This document shows, one piece after another, positions 28,198-36,919 of a stretch of 64,000 nucleotides of DNA. The notes below the pieces were generated by a model. That model did no database searches and was not told the origin of the DNA. It was given only the letters and a program-made list of their open reading frames with translations. Made by a program: the position numbers and the translations under genes. Source of the stretch: Planctomycetota bacterium (GTDB lineage Bacteria > Planctomycetota > Planctomycetia > Pirellulales > UBA1268); contig JAPOIM010000007.1 in the NCBI GenBank assembly GCA_029978905.1, positions 15,942-79,941 on the forward strand, in the 5' to 3' direction. Position 1 is the first letter of the stretch, and the number at the start of each line of letters is the position of its first letter.

Positions 28198-29052
28198 CTA
28201 GCCAGCCTTGGCTCGCAACACGACCGGTTCGTCTTCGTCTGGAACGCGAAGTTTGATCGTGGCTGCCGCGGGTGGGCCGCGACGCTCCTGAGCGAAGCCG
28301 CGGGTGCCCTTGGCCAAAAAATCCGCCAGCGAGGCGGCAGGGCCAGCAGGAAACTCGGCTCGCAGCGTGGCGATGACGTCCCGCCACGCCAGGCCGTGCC
28401 GGTAGATGACGCGGTAGGCCGCTTTGAGTTCGTTCATCTCGGCGGTGGTATGGCCACTGCGACGAAGGCCAACGGTGTTCAGGCCGACGATGCAGCCGCT
28501 GATCCCATCGACCATCATGAACGGTGGGATATCTTGCACGACTCTTGCGTGCCCGCCGACCATGGCAAACTTGCCAACCCGGCAGAACTGGTGCACGGCA
28601 ACGCCGCCCGAAATGAACGCGCGATCTTCCACCGTCACGTGCCCACCGAGCATGGAGCCGTTGGCAAAGATCACGTGGCTGCCCAGCACGACATCATGAC
28701 CGAGGTGGCCACCAGCCATGATGTAGTTGTGGTCGCCCACCTGAGTGGCATGTCCTGCTTTCAGGGCCAGGTGGATCGTGACGCCTTCGCGGAACACGTT
28801 GTGGTCGCCAATTTCGATCGTCCCCGTGTCGGCTGGGCGCGCGGAATGCTGCGGCGGGCCGCCGATCACGGCGTGCTCGCAAAACTCGTTGTCGCATCCT
28901 GCCCGAACACCGGCGCGGATGACCGCCCCGGTCCGCACCACGCACGAATCACCGAGGCTCACGTCCCCTTCGATGCGGGCAAAAGCCTCGACCCGCACCC
29001 CGTTCCCAAGGTGGGCTTTGGGGTCCACGCAAGCCAGTGGATGAATGCTCAC
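28198..29052 (-). CDS. lpxA: Acyl-ACP--UDP-N-acetylglucosamine O-acyltransferase
   Basis: Hexapeptide-repeat protein: SIHPLACVDPKAHLGNGVRVEAF..., HDVVLGSHVIFANGSMLGGHVTVED, GLNTVGLRRSG. I chose GTG 29052 (GGAAGG lies 10 nt upstream) over the ORF opening at 29100. Confidence 0.9.
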   Translation of the reverse strand: MSIHPLACVDPKAHLGNGVRVEAFARIEGDVSLGDSCVVRTGAVIRAGVRAGCDNEFCEHAVIGGPPQHSARPADTGTIEIGDHNVFREGVTIHLALKAGHATQVGDHNYIMAGGHLGHDVVLGSHVIFANGSMLGGHVTVEDRAFISGGVAVHQFCRVGKFAMVGGHARVVQDIPPFMMVDGISGCIVGLNTVGLRRSGHTTAEMNELKAAYRVIYRHGLAWRDVIATLRAEFPAGPAASLADFLAKGTRGFAQERRGPPAAATIKLRVPDEDEPVVLRAKAG

Positions 29053-29204
29053 GGCACGGCCGCCTTCCAGGTGCTTTGGGCGAGGTTGATTGAAACACAA
29101 CGTAGAGCGGAATATCGGCTTGTTTTTCTTGTCGATTCAATGTCAGTTTTTAGGAATGTGCCGAATCTGTTGAGGGCGGCACGAACAACAAGAGATTCGG
29201 AAGG

Positions 29205-29537
29205 ATGGTCAAAATGGGAAATGAGGAAGCGGCTCCAGAAGATCTGTACGCGGCCGCAGAGCAGCTGAAGGCGGACGGAAAGCTGGATGAGGCGGTCTCG
29301 TCGCTCGAGAGCCTGGTGGCTTCCCACCCTGATTTCACCTTGGCGTATTCCGCGATGTCGGCCTGGTGCACGCGGCTTGAACGGCACCCCGAGGCTGTGA
29401 AGCATGCTCGGCGCGTGTGCGAACTCGCTCCGAATGACCCGTTTAGCTTCACGGCCCTCTCGGTTGCCTGCATGCGTGCTGGCATGATTCCCGAGGCGGA
29501 GGATGCCCTCGCCCGCTCGCGCATGCTGCAGGGTTGA
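29205..29537 (+). CDS. Small TPR-like protein (110 aa)
   Basis: The sequence AAEQLKADGKLDEAVSSLESLVASHPDFTLAYSAMSAWCTRLERHPEAVKHARRVCELAPNDP has a TPR-like periodicity. Confidence 0.55.
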   Translation: MVKMGNEEAAPEDLYAAAEQLKADGKLDEAVSSLESLVASHPDFTLAYSAMSAWCTRLERHPEAVKHARRVCELAPNDPFSFTALSVACMRAGMIPEAEDALARSRMLQG

Positions 29538-29539
29538 GC

Positions 29540-32500
29540 CTAGGCTCCGGCGGGAGCTTCCAACGCGGTTTCGACCTCTTCGAGCCGAACACGGTCAGAT
29601 CGAGAGAGACGCTCTGGGTTCAGGCCGAGCTCTTTGGCCTGCTCGAGCGAACGACGGGCTGACGCCACCTGTTTGGCGGCGATCTGTGCCTGAGCGAGGT
29701 GGAGGTACTTCGCCGCGGTGGGGGCGAGCACCGCCTCCTGAAGGTCTTCGACCGAGTCTTCCGCCTCGCCCTTGATCAACCGCACCAGGCCCCGTGTATC
29801 CAGCAAGTCGGGATGTGGGCCGAGTTGCTCAATCGCGGCGTCGATCAGGCTGCTCGCCTCGTTCACCGTGTCGGGTGTGGCAAGGTAGAAGGCGAGATTG
29901 TTGGCCACGATCGCCCGCTGTGCCGCGGGGAGATCGTCGCGATTGAGCAGTTCGCGGTAGAGCGTCTCAACATCATCGAGCCGGCCTTCGAGTTCACGCA
30001 GTTCGGCTTCAAGCAGGGTGATCGTGACGGAGCCCGGGTCGATTCTGCGGGCCTTCTCGAACCAGCCATCGAGGAGGGCGATGGTCGGCTGGCTTGGCGT
30101 TTCTCCCTCATTCCTGGCGATCACGATGCCAGACTGGAGGACCCGTTCCAGCGGCAGCTGATCCCAGGATTCTTCGAGCAGGGCCAGAGCTTCTGCGGTC
30201 TGCTTCTGACGCCCAAGGAACTCGCAGCGACCAAGAACGCCGTCCGCACTCCGCGTGGCGTAATCGCTCCAGAGCTGGTCTGCAGCCTTCGGGAACCCAA
30301 GGTCCTCCATCAGCATGGCAGTGTTCCGCAGGTCGCCGACCCGATCGTCGGGCACGCTCTCCGTCGGCATCAGCGCCTTGGCGGCTTCCACAGCGGTGTC
30401 ACGGTCATCCTCGGCAATCGCCAGCTTCGCGGTCAGCGCGAGCGTGATAGGAGCCCCTGGGGCCTGCTTGGTGAGGCGATCAAGCCACATCCCGGCTGTG
30501 GTGAGTTCGTCGTGCGTGATCAGTTTCTCGACGAGTGCCGCGTAGACGAGAGGTGGGGGGTTGGTGGTTCCCAGGAGCGACACATACACCGTGCGGGCCT
30601 CGTCCCATCGGCCCAGTTTTTCGAGGAGTTGGGCTTCGAGCAGACGCTGCTGAATCGAGAGCGGGACGAGGTCTTGAAGTGCGTCGAGCCGGTCAAGTGC
30701 CTGCCGCCAGCAGGCGGGTTCGAGCCGTGCCGCAAGGAGACGAACCTGCAGCGCCACGTCATCGGGCGTCAGCGTGCCGTTGCTCTCCGCCGCGTTGGCA
30801 TCGATCAAGGTGATCGCCTGCTGGAGTTCTTGGTAGGTACCGCGGTCGGCCTGCAGTTCGGCGAGGGTGCGGCGTGCCCACGCTTTCACAGGGCGATCTC
30901 GCGTGTTCTGCGCCGAGGCATCCACGAGAGCTCGAAGCTGCTGCTCGGCGTCGTCGAGCCGGCCGCGACGAATCAGAAACGAGGCGAGGGCTTGGCCTGC
31001 CTGAATCGGATCACCGTCTGCTGCGGTCGTGGTTTGGCGAAGCATCTCTTCAGCCTCGTCGTAGTTGCCAAGCATCTCCGCCGCTTGCGCGACGACGACT
31101 TCCCGGTCAGGAGAGGCGAGGGCCGCCTTGGCTTGCCCAAGGGCGGCGGCAGCGGCTTCGTTCTGGCTGTCGTTGGCCAGCAGCGCGATGAGGGAAAGCC
31201 AGGCATCCGCCCGCCCGGGGTCGACCTCGACCAGTTTGCGGAACACCCCGATGGCTCGTGTGGAGTTGCCTTGTTGGCTGAGCAGCTGGCCGAGCCAGGC
31301 AAGGTCTTCCGGATTGTCGCTGTCGTCCGTCACGCTCTGCTCAGCGATCGCCACTGCGGCATCGAAGTTGCCTGTCCGCGACTGGATGTCAGCCGTGATG
31401 CGCTCGAGTCCCTGCATGTCTTCCGGCCGCAGGAGAGCCATGGCCTCTTCGGCCTCGGGGATGCGGTTGGCCATGTGCAGCAGCGAGACCATCCTGCGGA
31501 TGATGAGGGTGTTGCCTGGTGCCATCCGGGCCGCCTGCTTCAGCCGATCGATCGCGGTGTCGAGATCGCGTTCCGCAAGGGCGACGTCCGCAAAGCGGAG
31601 CTGCACCTCTGCCCAGTTCTGACGATCCGTTTCGGCTTCGATCAGCAAGGCGCGGATCTTCAGGAGGGCGTCTTTCGCGGAGGCGTCCAGAGCGTCTTCG
31701 ATTCCTTCTTCCGCCCTCGCTCCCGCCGCAAGCCGAGTGGTCAGCATAAGCGTTGCCGCTTGAGCAACCTTGGCTTCGGCGCTCTCTGCGCCTGCCAGTC
31801 GCGAAATGGCCTGGCTCGCTTCCTGGGTCAATTCGACGTCACCGCGGCGCTCGGCCAACTGAAAGAGCGCATCCCAGATCGCAAGGTTATCGGGTTCGGT
31901 CTCCAAGAGTTTGCGGTAAACCCCAACGGCACTGTCCCCCTCGCCAAGCGTCGCGTAAGCATTCGCGATCGCTGTGATCACCGCCGTGCGCTCGATGCTT
32001 GGGAGTGAGGCCGCTCGTTGCTCAAGGTCCGCAAGGTCGCTTGCCGCTTGCTCTGCCGAGCCGCCCGCGGCCACGGTGGCTTCCATGAGCATCACCGTCG
32101 AACTCGCACGCGCTTCTGCAGGAGCCTCATCAAGAATCGCCTTGGCCGCATCGCGGCCTTCGTACCGAAGCGACAGCGTGATCAACGCGCCGAGCAAGGA
32201 CTGGTTTGCGGTGTCTTTGGCGAATGCCTCACGCAGCATCCCGATTGCCTCGTCGGGGTTGTCCTTGCGGACCAGCACATCGGCGCGAATGATCGCCACC
32301 TGGGCGTCGTTCAGCCTCGGTGAGGCGCCCAGCAGATCGACGAGGGCATCCACCTGCGTCCAGTCACGCTCCTCCGACGGCTTGGTGAGCTGTTGGTCGA
32401 TCCGGAGTTGCAGCAGCGGGTTCCAAAGTTGCGCAAACGCGGAGACATCCTCCGGAGCCATGGCGTTGAAGATCACCTCATACTCGCCTCGCGCCTGTTC

Positions 32501-33916
32501 CTTGCGGCCGGTGGCGGCCAGGGCTGATGCGGCGCCAATTCGAGCGGCTACCGAGTTGGGGTCGTCGCTGAGCACTCGCTGGTTCGCCTCGAGTTGGCGG
32601 TCAAACTGCCCGAGTTTCTCATAGCATTGGCCAAGATAGAGGTCGATCTGCCGAACCGTGTCCGAGGTGGGATTGGCCTGTGGCCGAACCTCTTCAAGCA
32701 GCTGCTGCGCCTCGAGCCAACGCTGCTGGGCCATGCTGACGCGTGCCCGCAGGAGGCCCACGGCAGGGTTCGACCCTCCGGTGACGTTCGTCAGCTGCTG
32801 GACGGTTTTTTCGGTCTGTTCGATGTCGCCAATTTGGAGTTGGGTGTCGGCGAGCATCAGCAGCAAGGCAACCTGGCCTGGCATCCGCGTGAGCCCTTGC
32901 TGCAAAACGTCGATCGCTTTTTCCCGGTCTCCTTGGCGAAGACTGAGCATCGCCTCGGCCCGCACGACCCGTTCTTCGGTTGGGTACAGCTCGGCGGCGC
33001 GGGCAACCGCCTTCTCGGCGTCGGCCAACAGCTGCTGGTTGAGCTTGAGTTCGAACTCCGCCAACAGCGCTTCGCGGTCGTCTGGCGCGACCTCAATCGC
33101 TCTTCGGACGTCGTCGGCGGCTGCCTGCATATCACCCCGTTGGGCGTGCCACCCGCGCATCGCCAGCCACGCCCGTGGGTCGGTGGCATTCACCTGCACC
33201 AACCGAGCGAGCACAGCCTCTGCCTCGGAGGTGGCTCGCAGTTCATCATTCATGATCGCTGCGAGCAGGATGTAGGCGTCGGTGTCTCCTTGCGTGGCTT
33301 CTTCGGCAGGTACCGGGAAGGTGCGGGCCGAGCGGTCGTAGCCAAGCCGCTGGGCAAGCACTTCCGCGGCCTCGTCGAAGCGGCCCGTTCCCAGCAGTGC
33401 CCTTGCGAGGAGCACGTCGATTTCCCCTGCGGTCATCAGCCGCTTCGTGTTGTCCCCCTCTCCCTCGCTCGGCACCTTGGTGTCGGGGTTTGCCAGCCGA
33501 TCGCGGAGCACGATCAGGTGCTCACGGGCATCGCCGGGGCGATCGATAAAGATCTGAAACTGGGCCAGCCGCTGCCTGAGGTAGAGATTGTCTGGATCGT
33601 TGCGTACCGCCGTTTCCAACGCGGAGTAGGCACGGGAAAACTCCGAGCGACCGGCGCCAGGGGCTTCGGCAGCCTCAAGCAGCAACTCGGCGAACAGGCT
33701 GTAGGCCTTCGCGTCGTTGGGGCGCATCCCCACGTAGCGGGAGAGGAGCTGCCCGGCCTCGTTTTTGTCGCCTGCAGCGATGGCCGCTTCCGCGCGGGTG
33801 AGCAGGGAGCCTGCGTTTCGAGAAACCTGCCAGCGGTTCAGGGCAAAAATGCCGCCGCCTCCGAGCACGACAAGGAGGGCCAAGATGATGACGAACCTGA
33901 CATTGATCTGCCGCAT
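29540..33916 (-). CDS. Giant membrane-anchored TPR-repeat protein (about 1458 aa)
   Basis: I trimmed to ATG 33916 (MRQINVRFVIILALLVVLGGGGIFAL, an N-terminal TM). The rest is continuous TPR-like helical repeats (for example GDKNEAGQLLSRYVGMRPNDAKAY, GNFDAAVAIAEQSV, GRLDDVETLYRELLNRDD). Confidence 0.8.
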   Translation of the reverse strand: MRQINVRFVIILALLVVLGGGGIFALNRWQVSRNAGSLLTRAEAAIAAGDKNEAGQLLSRYVGMRPNDAKAYSLFAELLLEAAEAPGAGRSEFSRAYSALETAVRNDPDNLYLRQRLAQFQIFIDRPGDAREHLIVLRDRLANPDTKVPSEGEGDNTKRLMTAGEIDVLLARALLGTGRFDEAAEVLAQRLGYDRSARTFPVPAEEATQGDTDAYILLAAIMNDELRATSEAEAVLARLVQVNATDPRAWLAMRGWHAQRGDMQAAADDVRRAIEVAPDDREALLAEFELKLNQQLLADAEKAVARAAELYPTEERVVRAEAMLSLRQGDREKAIDVLQQGLTRMPGQVALLLMLADTQLQIGDIEQTEKTVQQLTNVTGGSNPAVGLLRARVSMAQQRWLEAQQLLEEVRPQANPTSDTVRQIDLYLGQCYEKLGQFDRQLEANQRVLSDDPNSVAARIGAASALAATGRKEQARGEYEVIFNAMAPEDVSAFAQLWNPLLQLRIDQQLTKPSEERDWTQVDALVDLLGASPRLNDAQVAIIRADVLVRKDNPDEAIGMLREAFAKDTANQSLLGALITLSLRYEGRDAAKAILDEAPAEARASSTVMLMEATVAAGGSAEQAASDLADLEQRAASLPSIERTAVITAIANAYATLGEGDSAVGVYRKLLETEPDNLAIWDALFQLAERRGDVELTQEASQAISRLAGAESAEAKVAQAATLMLTTRLAAGARAEEGIEDALDASAKDALLKIRALLIEAETDRQNWAEVQLRFADVALAERDLDTAIDRLKQAARMAPGNTLIIRRMVSLLHMANRIPEAEEAMALLRPEDMQGLERITADIQSRTGNFDAAVAIAEQSVTDDSDNPEDLAWLGQLLSQQGNSTRAIGVFRKLVEVDPGRADAWLSLIALLANDSQNEAAAAALGQAKAALASPDREVVVAQAAEMLGNYDEAEEMLRQTTTAADGDPIQAGQALASFLIRRGRLDDAEQQLRALVDASAQNTRDRPVKAWARRTLAELQADRGTYQELQQAITLIDANAAESNGTLTPDDVALQVRLLAARLEPACWRQALDRLDALQDLVPLSIQQRLLEAQLLEKLGRWDEARTVYVSLLGTTNPPPLVYAALVEKLITHDELTTAGMWLDRLTKQAPGAPITLALTAKLAIAEDDRDTAVEAAKALMPTESVPDDRVGDLRNTAMLMEDLGFPKAADQLWSDYATRSADGVLGRCEFLGRQKQTAEALALLEESWDQLPLERVLQSGIVIARNEGETPSQPTIALLDGWFEKARRIDPGSVTITLLEAELRELEGRLDDVETLYRELLNRDDLPAAQRAIVANNLAFYLATPDTVNEASSLIDAAIEQLGPHPDLLDTRGLVRLIKGEAEDSVEDLQEAVLAPTAAKYLHLAQAQIAAKQVASARRSLEQAKELGLNPERLSRSDRVRLEEVETALEAPAGA

Positions 33917-34040
33917 GCGATTCCACCGTAGGGGGGCAACTTCACGCCGGGCCTGGTCTGCCCAGCAGAACACCAGTATGCCGTATCTCAGCCGGATTTG
34001 GGATCAACGAGCCCCGGGGAAAGATAACGATTGAAGCGAC

Positions 34041-34058
34041 TGTGCCGATTGTGCCGAT
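34041..34058. repeat. Perfect tandem 9-mer (TGTGCCGAT x2) in a divergent intergenic region
   Basis: TGTGCCGATTGTGCCGAT lies between the giant TPR gene (start 33916, minus) and the secreted-protein gene (start 34157, plus). Confidence 0.9.
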
Positions 34059-34156
34059 ACTTCCAGAGAGGTAGTCCGAAGGGCTTCTGGCATGCCTCGT
34101 CGTCGCGATCGCTTCGCGGCGGGTTTGCCGAGCCCGGCCCATGTGGGAAATCACCG

Positions 34157-35143
34157 ATGAAACGCCGCTCCTCCCTCGCTCGATCCCGGAAAAACGCTGT
34201 TGCCCTCGGCGCGTGTCTCTCTGCGGTGGCCTTCGTGGGCGTGGCTGCAGACCTGGCTTCGGCCCAGCAGGCAGCGCGACCGATCGCGTCACCACGAGCG
34301 TCGCAGGTGCGTGTGGCGGTGGCGGAAGCCCCCGTGAGTTCTCAGGCGACTGCGGGCACCGTTCATCGCGACCCTCAGGTGGTTCAGGCGGGGGCGATTC
34401 TGCATCACAAGAAACGCGTCTGCCCGCAAGGTGGCTGCGGTCTCGGAACGCAGTGCCAAGGGACATGCGTGGTGCGGCCGGGCCGCTTTGGCTACTACGC
34501 GACGCAGTGGAGAGCGTGGCCGGGTGATCAAGGGGTGCAGCAGGCAAGCCTCGAGGAAATGACACCTGTTTCCCCTCCCGCTTCCGCGATTCCTGCGGTC
34601 GACGAGGAAGCGCTCATGCCCAGCAGCCTGATGCCGGCAGAGGACGATGTTCCCTTTGGTTCGGACAACTTCGGGTTTGAACCGGTTGAGCCCGCGGAGC
34701 CCTTGCCGCCCGCGATCCCCGGTGAGGAGGGCGTGCTACCGGACGGGCCTGGCCCCGCCGAACAAGCCCCAGCCCCCAGCAAGCCGTCACTGTTTGACCC
34801 AGAGCCCACGGCCCCGGACGCAAACGCGACGCCCGAGTCGGAGGAGAAGCCGAAGGAAACGCTCGACAACCTGTTTGACGAGTTTGGCCGGACGAGCGCC
34901 AACCGCAGCGGGGCCCAACTCCGTCACCGGCTGACGGTCGCCAACCAGGAGTTTGCCCGTCGCAAGGCGGAGCAGATGGCGGTCGCGGAACCACCCGCGG
35001 CCCCTTCGGAGACGTGGAAGCCGAGGCAGCTTCCTTCGGCGGCCCCTAGCCGTCCGCTCGCGGCCGCTCCCGCCGCATCAAGTCGCGTCGTTCCCGCGGC
35101 TGCCCAGCAGCGTGTGGCGCCAAGCGGCAATCCACTGAGGTAA
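34157..35143 (+). CDS. Secreted hypothetical protein with a 4-Cys motif and a Pro/Ala/Glu-rich region
   Basis: I trimmed to ATG 34157: MKRRSSLARSRKNAVALGACLSAVAFVGVAADLASAQQ is a signal peptide. Next comes CPQGGCGLGTQCQGTCVVRPGRFGYYATQWRAWPG, and the remainder is low complexity. Confidence 0.6.
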   Translation: MKRRSSLARSRKNAVALGACLSAVAFVGVAADLASAQQAARPIASPRASQVRVAVAEAPVSSQATAGTVHRDPQVVQAGAILHHKKRVCPQGGCGLGTQCQGTCVVRPGRFGYYATQWRAWPGDQGVQQASLEEMTPVSPPASAIPAVDEEALMPSSLMPAEDDVPFGSDNFGFEPVEPAEPLPPAIPGEEGVLPDGPGPAEQAPAPSKPSLFDPEPTAPDANATPESEEKPKETLDNLFDEFGRTSANRSGAQLRHRLTVANQEFARRKAEQMAVAEPPAAPSETWKPRQLPSAAPSRPLAAAPAASSRVVPAAAQQRVAPSGNPLR

Positions 35144-35144
35144 C

Positions 35145-35226
35145 TGCGAGAGGCGGGAGTCGAACCCGCACGCCTTGCGGCACTGGAACCTAAATCCAGC
35201 GCGTCTGCCAGTTCCGCCACTCTCGC
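35145..35226 (-). tRNA. tRNA-Leu (anticodon TAG), type II with a long variable arm
   Basis: The reverse complement GCGAGAGTGGCGGAACTGGCAGACGCGCTGGATTTAGGTTCCAGTGCCGCAAGGCGTGCGGGTTCGACTCCCGCCTCTCGCA folds as a cloverleaf. The acceptor pairs GCGAGAG with CTCTCGC. The anticodon loop is TTTAGGT, and the T-loop GGTTCGACTCC is present. It closely resembles E. coli tRNA-Leu. CCA is not encoded. Confidence 0.9.
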
Positions 35227-35283
35227 CTTGCGTGGTTAAGCCAGTTGCCTTGAACGTTGCTGCGTATAGGCAACCACGTCACT

Positions 35284-36792
35284 CTACCTCACGCCGCTGC
35301 TTTTTGGCTCCGGCGAATCGTGTTCTTCCAGCCACCGGTCGAGGTTGCCGGTTCCTTTCGAGTCGCGAGGAGGCCACGTGGCGACCACGAGCTCGTGGAG
35401 CACGCCCGGTTCCGCGTCGGTGGCGGTGAGGGCAGTCAGGCGGGCGAAGCAGATTTCCAGCTTCCGCAGGTGCTGCTCTGGGCCATGGCGGGCGTTCCAG
35501 TCTTCCGCGAGCGCCCGGGCGATGCTTGGAGAAAAGACGCGGAGCGACGGCTTCGGAAGCACCCACAAGAGTTTGTGCCAGCGATGATGGGGGAGTGAGT
35601 TGAAGCCGCCGGCAGGTCGCTCCCGCTGCAGCGGCTGCCCGCCGCGGAGGAGGTCGACTTCGCTGCCATCCACCAGCACGCCTCGTGCGTAGGTCCATTG
35701 CTCCTGGTGGAGCACGGTGCCAAACATCTCCCACTCTTGGCGGAGGCAGGCGAGGTTCATCGCGGTGCGGAGCGTGGTCGGCAGAGGCGGCTTGTGAGGC
35801 AGCAGCTGGCTGGTGGCGTCGATGATTCCGAGCATGAGCAGCCCGCCGCAGATGCCCTGTGCGGCGAGACTCACCCAGCTGCCGTTGGTGGGCATCGCGT
35901 CGACGGCGTCGTTGTCGCAGGCTGCCGGCAATGGGCCGGGCGACACAGTGCGAAGGCGATCCCAGGCTGAGCCAGGGATCAACGCGAGCCAGGCGACGAG
36001 CCCGATCGGCGCAAACAGCCCCACCGTCATGAAGGCCGCGACGGAGGCGTGGAAGGCCATGAACGCGAACACGACCGCGGCACGGATCCGCGGCTGTGGG
36101 GCGACGAGAAACAGGAACGGGCCTGCGAGTTCGAGGGCCACGACCAGCACGCCCGCGAGCGTTGCGACGCCCGGCAGGCCGACGACCCATGCGCCCAGCG
36201 CTGTGCCATGGTCGTGCACGGAGAGGGCGTCGCGAACGGCGGTGCCCGTGAACCAGTGCTCATTGCACTTGGCGAGGCCGGCGGCGAGGTAGACGACGAG
36301 AACCTGGAGCGTGAAGGCCAACGAGGCGATCCGCGTGGGGGAGGGCGATGGGCGGCCGGGAACGCGTCGTGCGTCGAGGCTCGCGCGTGCTCCAAGCGGG
36401 AGAAACGTGCCCCACAAGAGGAGGCACGCCAGCCAGAGATCACCCGCGTTGGTGGCCGGGGCGGTCCGCCGGATCACGCTCACCAGGGCCACCCAGGCCA
36501 CGAGCGTGGCCAGTCGTGTCTGGAAGCCTGCGGCGAGCACGAGGCCACTCACGCCCTCGAGCGCCAGTACGGCTGCATCCCACCAGGCGGCGTCGATCAG
36601 AAAAGCGAGCGACCAGCAGGCTGTCGAGCCGTGGAATGCCCGCAGCGCCTGGTGGGGAAACATCCCGCTGGGGGTGAACATCAGCCCAAAGTCGCGGCAG
36701 CGGAGCAGGGCGTCGGCCGCGAGAAGCAGGCCGGCAGCGATGCGAAATGCCGCCAGGCTCCGAACGTCGAGACGAAACCGGGAAGAGCGCAT
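35284..36792 (-). CDS. HTTM-domain (vitamin K-dependent gamma-carboxylase-like) polytopic membrane protein
   Basis: I trimmed to ATG 36792. The N-terminus reads MRSSRFRLDVRSLAAFRIAAGLLLAADALLRCRDFGLMF...FQTRLATLVAWVALVSVIRRTAPATNAGDLWLACLLLWGTFLPLG, which is typical of HTTM N-termini. Many TM segments follow. Confidence 0.75.
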   Translation of the reverse strand: MRSSRFRLDVRSLAAFRIAAGLLLAADALLRCRDFGLMFTPSGMFPHQALRAFHGSTACWSLAFLIDAAWWDAAVLALEGVSGLVLAAGFQTRLATLVAWVALVSVIRRTAPATNAGDLWLACLLLWGTFLPLGARASLDARRVPGRPSPSPTRIASLAFTLQVLVVYLAAGLAKCNEHWFTGTAVRDALSVHDHGTALGAWVVGLPGVATLAGVLVVALELAGPFLFLVAPQPRIRAAVVFAFMAFHASVAAFMTVGLFAPIGLVAWLALIPGSAWDRLRTVSPGPLPAACDNDAVDAMPTNGSWVSLAAQGICGGLLMLGIIDATSQLLPHKPPLPTTLRTAMNLACLRQEWEMFGTVLHQEQWTYARGVLVDGSEVDLLRGGQPLQRERPAGGFNSLPHHRWHKLLWVLPKPSLRVFSPSIARALAEDWNARHGPEQHLRKLEICFARLTALTATDAEPGVLHELVVATWPPRDSKGTGNLDRWLEEHDSPEPKSSGVR

Positions 36793-36919
36793 GCCTGAGG
36801 CCTCTGCAGAAAGGGGGCGTGTTTGATGCCGCCTTTGATGCAATACTCCAGGGAACCTACAACAGCACCGCCGGGTTCATCGAGACGATTTTTCCCGGCA
36901 ACACATGTCATGAGGATCG

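Noticed and set aside
29699-33931. Plus-strand ORFs of 769 aa and 445 aa antisense to the giant TPR gene
   Set aside because: They show no domain signal. The minus frame is a single uninterrupted TPR protein with a TM start.
34924-35220. ORFs crossing the tRNA genes (34924..35220 minus; 59955..60827 plus, containing RPTGLEPVTLGLEIPCSIQLSYGRV)
   Set aside because: Their translations are the usual artefacts of reading through tRNA sequence, and the cloverleaf structures explain the DNA.
36822-36841. Direct repeat TTTGATGC x2 (period 12) in the HTTM/lpd divergent region
   Set aside because: An 8-mer repeated once is weak evidence, and I cannot tie it to any known operator consensus.
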